DNA of 31,126 nt, taken from the UHGV virus genome UHGV-0313797; one strand, written 5' to 3'. The notes under the pieces were generated by a model. That model had not been told where the DNA came from and did no database searches. It saw only the letters and a program-made list of their open reading frames with translations. Shown here piece by piece: positions 26,736-31,126 of this stretch. A program made the position numbers and the translations under genes. Positions within the stretch are counted from its first letter, which is position 1, and every line of letters starts with the position of its first letter. The stretch comes from a virus.

Positions 26736-27174
26736 ACTGCAGAAGGTGGACGACTGGCTGAGTGCTTTGCTGGCGAATCTGGAACCAGCCGCAAGAAGCC
26801 GCATGATGCGCCAGCTGGCGCAGGAACTGCGCCGGACACAGCAGCAGAATATCAGAATGCAGCGCAATCCAGATGGCAGCAGTTATGAACCTCGACGGGT
26901 AACAGCACGCAGTAAAAAGGGGCGCATCAAACGTCAGATGTTTGCAAAGCTGCGCACCGCAAAATACCTGAAAACTGCCGCCAGCGCCGATTCTGCCAGC
27001 GTGCAGTTTGAAGGTAAGGTGCAGCGCATTGCCCGCGTTCATCACTACGGCCTGCGCGATCGCGTCAGTCGTAAAGGACCGGAGGTCCGTTACGCAGAGC
27101 GTCGCCTCCTAGGCGTAAATGATGATGTTGAGGCAATGACCCGCGACATGATTCTGCAATGGCTGGCGGTGTGA
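26728..27174 (+). CDS. S: Tail completion protein, P2 gpS family
   Basis: 148 aa (GTG start) following R; conserved P2 gene order. Confidence 0.75.
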   Translation: MAELQKVDDWLSALLANLEPAARSRMMRQLAQELRRTQQQNIRMQRNPDGSSYEPRRVTARSKKGRIKRQMFAKLRTAKYLKTAASADSASVQFEGKVQRIARVHHYGLRDRVSRKGPEVRYAERRLLGVNDDVEAMTRDMILQWLAV

Positions 27175-27178
27175 TCGT

Positions 27179-27196
27179 TGTATCAGCACTGATACA
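27179..27196. promoter_or_regulatory. Candidate late-promoter activator site (Ogr/Delta-type dyad) for the V operon
   Basis: TGTATCAGCACTGATACA: TGT-N12-ACA with an extended perfect dyad (TGTATCAG / CTGATACA), in the S-V intergenic region where P2 has its V promoter. Confidence 0.5.
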
Positions 27197-27242
27197 AGTT
27201 GCAGCACTGCCGCCTTTATTCCCCTGATGGCAACCTTTCTCT

Positions 27243-27821
27243 ATGAACGCACAATTAACCGAAATCATGCGCCTTATCACCAACCTGATCCGCACAGGTG
27301 TAGTCACCGAAGTGGACCGGGAGAACTGGCTTTGCCGGGTGAAAACGGGCGACCTTGAAACCAACTGGATCAGCTGGCTGACGCTGCGTGCCGGGAATGC
27401 CCGCACATGGTGGCGACCATCGGAAGGTGAACAGGTGGTGCTGCTGAGTCTGGGCGGCAATCTTGAAACCGCCTTTGCGTTGCCCGCTGTCTATTCGAAT
27501 CAGTTCGCTCCACCGTCGACGTCGGCGGACGCCTGCGTGACAGAACATCCTGACGGTGGCTGGTTTGAATACGAACCCGCCACCGGGCGCTGGTATGTCA
27601 GGGGCATCAAATCCATGGTCATTGAGGCTGCCGACAACATCACCCTGAAAACCAGTGAGTTTGTGCTGGAGGCTGACCGCTCGCGTATTAACAGCGAAGT
27701 GGTGATCAATGGTGGCGTTACCCAGGGCGGCGGTGCGATGAGTTCTAACGGGATCGTGGTTGATGCGCATCAGCATACTGGCGTCCTGAAAGGCGGTGAT
27801 ACCACCGGAGGCCCGGTATGA
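27243..27821 (+). CDS. V: Baseplate spike/assembly protein, P2 gpV family
   Basis: 192 aa; first gene after the S-V intergenic promoter region. Confidence 0.8.
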   Translation: MNAQLTEIMRLITNLIRTGVVTEVDRENWLCRVKTGDLETNWISWLTLRAGNARTWWRPSEGEQVVLLSLGGNLETAFALPAVYSNQFAPPSTSADACVTEHPDGGWFEYEPATGRWYVRGIKSMVIEAADNITLKTSEFVLEADRSRINSEVVINGGVTQGGGAMSSNGIVVDAHQHTGVLKGGDTTGGPV

Positions 27822-28177
27822 CGCTTTATAGCGGGATGAATAATACCAGCGGTAAAGCCATTACTGATATTGACCATCTGCGCCAGTCGGTGCGGGACAT
27901 TCTGCTGACGCCGCAGGGTAGCCGCATTGCCCGTCGGGAATATGGTTCCCTGCTGTCGGCACTGATAGATCAGCCACAAAATCCGGCGTTACGCCTGCAG
28001 GTTATGTCGGCTGTGTATGTGGCACTGAGTCGCTGGGAGCCACGGCTGACGCTGGATTCCATCACTATTAACAGCAATTTTGACGGTTCAATGGTGGTGG
28101 AGCTGACCGGGCGGCGGAATAACGGTGTGCCTGTGTCCCTTTCAGTATCAACAGGAGCAGAGAATGGCAGTGATTGA
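27818..28177 (+). CDS. W: Baseplate wedge protein, P2 gpW family (GPW/gp25-like)
   Basis: 119 aa; start overlaps the V stop; conserved order V-W-J-I. Confidence 0.8.
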   Translation: MTLYSGMNNTSGKAITDIDHLRQSVRDILLTPQGSRIARREYGSLLSALIDQPQNPALRLQVMSAVYVALSRWEPRLTLDSITINSNFDGSMVVELTGRRNNGVPVSLSVSTGAENGSD

Positions 28178-29072
28178 CCTTTCGCAGTTGCCTGCACCGC
28201 AGATTGTGGATGTGCCGGACTTTGAGACGCTGCTTGCCGAACGCAAAGCAGAATTTGTGGCGCTTCATCCGAAAGATGAGCAGGAAGCCGTGATCCGCAC
28301 GCTGGAACTGGAATCTGAACCCGTCACTAAATTGTTGCAGGAGAACGCTTACCGTGAGTTGCTTCTGCGCCAGCGCATTAACGAAGCCGCGCAGGCGGTG
28401 ATGGTGGCTTACGCGATGGGCGGCGATCTTGACCAGCTCGCTGCTAACTACAACGTGACACGCCTGACGGTGACGCCTGCTGATAATGATGCTGTGCCGC
28501 CCGTTGCAGCTGTGATGGAAAGCGATGAAGCGTTACGCCTGCGTGTGCCTGCAGCCTTTGAAGGGCTTTCTGTTGCGGGGCCCACTGCAGCTTATGAATT
28601 TCATGCCCGAAGCGCCGACGGTCGGGTGGCGGATGCCAGTGCAACCAGTCCGGCTCCTGCAGAGGTGGTGCTTACGGTCCTGAGCCGTGAAGGCGACGGA
28701 ACAGCAGAAAAAGACTTGCTGGATGTGGTGGAGAAAGCTCTGAACAGTGAGAACGTCCGCCCGGTTGCTGACCGTCTTACGGTTCGCAGCGCAGAAATCA
28801 TCCCGTATCGCGTGGAAGCCACCATTTTTCTCTATCCGGGACCGGAAGCAGAGCCGGTAATGGCAGCGGCAAAAGCCAGTCTGCAGAAGTACATTGCCAG
28901 CCAGACGAGGCTTGGTCGGGATATTCGCCGTAGCGCCATCTTTGCTGCTCTGCATGTTGAGGGGGTTCAACGTGTGGAACTGGCTTCTCCGCTGGCGGAT
29001 GTGGTCCTGAACAAAACACAGGCGGCATCATGTACGCAGTGGAGCGTAACCAACGGAGGAACGGATGAATAG
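28164..29072 (+). CDS. J: Baseplate protein, P2 gpJ family
   Basis: ORF 28125..29072 trimmed to the ATG after AGGAGCAGAGA (MAVIDLSQLPAP...), giving 302 aa, the same length as P2 gpJ. Confidence 0.85.
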   Translation: MAVIDLSQLPAPQIVDVPDFETLLAERKAEFVALHPKDEQEAVIRTLELESEPVTKLLQENAYRELLLRQRINEAAQAVMVAYAMGGDLDQLAANYNVTRLTVTPADNDAVPPVAAVMESDEALRLRVPAAFEGLSVAGPTAAYEFHARSADGRVADASATSPAPAEVVLTVLSREGDGTAEKDLLDVVEKALNSENVRPVADRLTVRSAEIIPYRVEATIFLYPGPEAEPVMAAAKASLQKYIASQTRLGRDIRRSAIFAALHVEGVQRVELASPLADVVLNKTQAASCTQWSVTNGGTDE

Positions 29073-29670
29073 TCTGCTGCCACCGGGTTCAACTTCACTG
29101 GAGCGCCGACTGGCGCAAACCTGTAGCGGGATTTCTGATCTGCAGGTGCCGCTGCGTGACTTGTGGAATCCGGCTGCCTGTCCGGTCAGCTTCCTGCCTT
29201 ATCTCGCCTGGGCGTTCTCTGTGGATCGCTGGGACGAGGGCTGGACAGAAAGCGTCAAACGCCAGGTAGTGAAGGATGCTTTTTATATTCATCAGCATAA
29301 AGGAACCACCAGTGCCGTGCGGCGGGTGGTGGAACCGTTCGGATTCCTGATCCGCATTATTGAGTGGTGGCAGACCGGAGAAACACCGGGCACGTTTCGC
29401 CTGGATATCGGCGTGCAGGACCAGGGCATCACTGAAGATACCTATCTGGAACTTGAGCGGCTGATAAGCGATGCCAAACCATGTAGCCGTCACATGATCG
29501 GCATGTCCATCAATCTGCAGACCAGCGGTCCGCATTGGGTGGGGGCCGCCAGCTATCTTGGCGAAGAAATCACGATCTATCCGTATATCAACGAAACAAT
29601 TATTTCTGGCGGCACCGCGCATGAAGGCGGGGCGGTCCATGTTATTGACACAATGAGAGTGAATCCATGA
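29065..29670 (+). CDS. I: Baseplate protein, P2 gpI family
   Basis: 201 aa; overlaps the J stop; followed by the tail fibre gene. Confidence 0.8.
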   Translation: MNSLLPPGSTSLERRLAQTCSGISDLQVPLRDLWNPAACPVSFLPYLAWAFSVDRWDEGWTESVKRQVVKDAFYIHQHKGTTSAVRRVVEPFGFLIRIIEWWQTGETPGTFRLDIGVQDQGITEDTYLELERLISDAKPCSRHMIGMSINLQTSGPHWVGAASYLGEEITIYPYINETIISGGTAHEGGAVHVIDTMRVNP

Positions 29671-31126
29671 GCACAAAATTTTATACCCTGCTGACGGATA
29701 TTGGCGCGGCGAAACTTGCCAGCGCCGCCGCACTCGGTGTGCCGTTAAAAATTACCCATATGGCGGTAGGCGATGGCGGCGGAACATTACCAACGCCGGA
29801 TGCAAAGCAGACTGCACTGGTAAATGAGAAACGCCGGGCTGCGCTGAATATGCTCTATATCGACCCGCAAAACAGCAGCCAGATTATTGCTGAACAGGTG
29901 ATCCCTGAAAACGAGGGTGGTTGGTGGATACGTGAAGTGGGCCTGTTTGATGAATCCGGGGCATTAATTGCCGTGGGCAACTGCCCGGAAAGCTATAAGC
30001 CGCAACTGGCTGAAGGCAGCGGGCGCACCCAGACCGTGCGCATGGTGCTGATTACCAGCAGTACGGACAATATCACCCTGAAAATTGACCCTGCCGTAGT
30101 GCTGTCAACCCGCAAGTATGTGGATGACAAAATATCAGAGCACGAACAGTCACGACGTCACCCGGACGCCTCGCTGACCGCAAAAGGTTTTACTCAGTTA
30201 AGCAGTGCGACCAACAGTGAATCCGAAATACTGGCCGCAACACCGAAGGCTGTGAAGGCTGCATATGATCTTGCAGCAGGTAAAGCATCCGCCAGTCACA
30301 CACACCCGTGGAGCCAGATAACGGATGTGCCTGCAGCTTCACTGACGGTAAAAGGCACCGTGCAACTCAGCAGCGCCACTAACAGCACGTCAGAAACGCA
30401 GGCTGCCACACCAAAGGCAGTGAAGGCTGCATATGATCTTGCAGCAGGTAAGGCACCTGTCAGTCACACACACCCGTGGAATCAGATAACGGATGTGCCT
30501 GCAGCTTCACTGACGGTAAAAGGCACCGTGCAACTCAGCAGCGCCACTAACAGCACGTCAGAAACGCAGGCTGCCACACCAAAGGCAGTGAAGGCGGCAT
30601 ATGACCTTGCAGCAGGTAAGGCACCTGTCAGTCACACGCACCCATGGAGCCAGATAACGGATGTGCCTGCAGCTTCACTGACGGTAAAAGGCACCGTGCA
30701 ACTCAGCAGCGCCACTAACAGCACGTCAGAAACGCAGGCTGCCACACCAAAAGCCGTGAAGGCTGTATATGACCTTGCCAATGGAAAACAACCTGCCGAC
30801 GCCACACTGACCGCACTGGCAGGCCTTGCCACTGCGGCAGACAAACTACCGTATTTTACGGGGAATGATACAGCCAGCCTGACAACCCTGACTAATGTTG
30901 GACGGGATATTCTGGCTAAAACAAGCAAACAGGAGGTTATTCATTATCTTGGTTTGGGAGCTACAAACGGATACGTGGGACGCTTGGTGAATACCCGGGT
31001 TTTCACGTCATCAGGTACGTACACCCCGACACCAGGAACAAAACGGATCAGGGTCACAATAACGGGCGGCGGTGGCGGAGGGGGCGGATGCAAAGCAGCA
31101 TCCAGTAACGAAACGTTTTTTGGTGC
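29667..31126 (+). CDS. H: Tail fibre protein, P2 gpH family (3'-truncated by the window edge)
   Basis: ATG at 29667 overlaps the I stop (ATGA); the frame stays open to the window end, so it is absent from the ORF track. N-terminus MSTKFYTLLTDIGAAKLA... and internal fibre repeats are characteristic of gpH. Confidence 0.85.
   Translation, partial: MSTKFYTLLTDIGAAKLASAAALGVPLKITHMAVGDGGGTLPTPDAKQTALVNEKRRAALNMLYIDPQNSSQIIAEQVIPENEGGWWIREVGLFDESGALIAVGNCPESYKPQLAEGSGRTQTVRMVLITSSTDNITLKIDPAVVLSTRKYVDDKISEHEQSRRHPDASLTAKGFTQLSSATNSESEILAATPKAVKAAYDLAAGKASASHTHPWSQITDVPAASLTVKGTVQLSSATNSTSETQAATPKAVKAAYDLAAGKAPVSHTHPWNQITDVPAASLTVKGTVQLSSATNSTSETQAATPKAVKAAYDLAAGKAPVSHTHPWSQITDVPAASLTVKGTVQLSSATNSTSETQAATPKAVKAVYDLANGKQPADATLTALAGLATAADKLPYFTGNDTASLTTLTNVGRDILAKTSKQEVIHYLGLGATNGYVGRLVNTRVFTSSGTYTPTPGTKRIRVTITGGGGGGGGCKAASSNETFFG
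30176..30790 (+). repeat. Tandem in-frame 168-bp (56-aa) repeats inside the tail fibre gene, about 3.6 copies
   Basis: The unit encoding T(A/V)KG.(T/V)QLSSATNS.SE..AATPKAVKAAYDLAAGKA.(A/V)SHTHPW.QITDVPAASL recurs at 168-bp spacing (the same landmark at 30305, 30473, 30641); copies are near-identical at DNA level. Confidence 0.85.

Noticed and set aside
30176-30790. Possible CRISPR array suggested by regularly spaced repeats
   Set aside because: The period is 168 bp with no short repeat/unique spacer alternation, and the whole region is in frame within the tail fibre gene; these are coding tandem repeats.
30632-30928. 98-aa minus-strand ORF near the window end
   Set aside because: Lies antisense inside the tail fibre gene; Ala/Val/Ser-rich translation consistent with a spurious frame.

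Overview
Enterobacterial chromosome segment holding two integrative elements in tandem at the tmRNA (ssrA) attachment site. Left part (1-5700): the right end of an IS3-family element, a histidine-kinase-like / receiver-like gene pair, a small membrane protein and a P4-type tyrosine integrase, bounded by a 45-bp copy of the ssrA 3' end. Right part (5750-31126): the left ~25 kb of a P2/186-like (Fels-2-type) prophage in prophage order: int, cI, apl, cII, early genes including a Dam methylase, replication gene A, then portal Q, terminase P, scaffold O, capsid N, terminase M, L, X, a lysis cassette, tail and baseplate genes, and a tail fibre running off the window end. The most interesting region is the A-Q interval (about 14260-18805), the known variable cargo locus of P2-like phages. 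It carries a LexA-box-controlled small gene, two AT-rich uncharacterized single genes (322 aa and about 332 aa) arranged divergently around a candidate cos site, a frameshifted HNH-nuclease gene, and a 585-bp tract with no convincing gene. A second cargo gene (363 aa, membrane-anchored) is translationally coupled to the prophage integrase. All calls rest on reading the ORF translations and motifs by eye; no database search or computed statistic was available.
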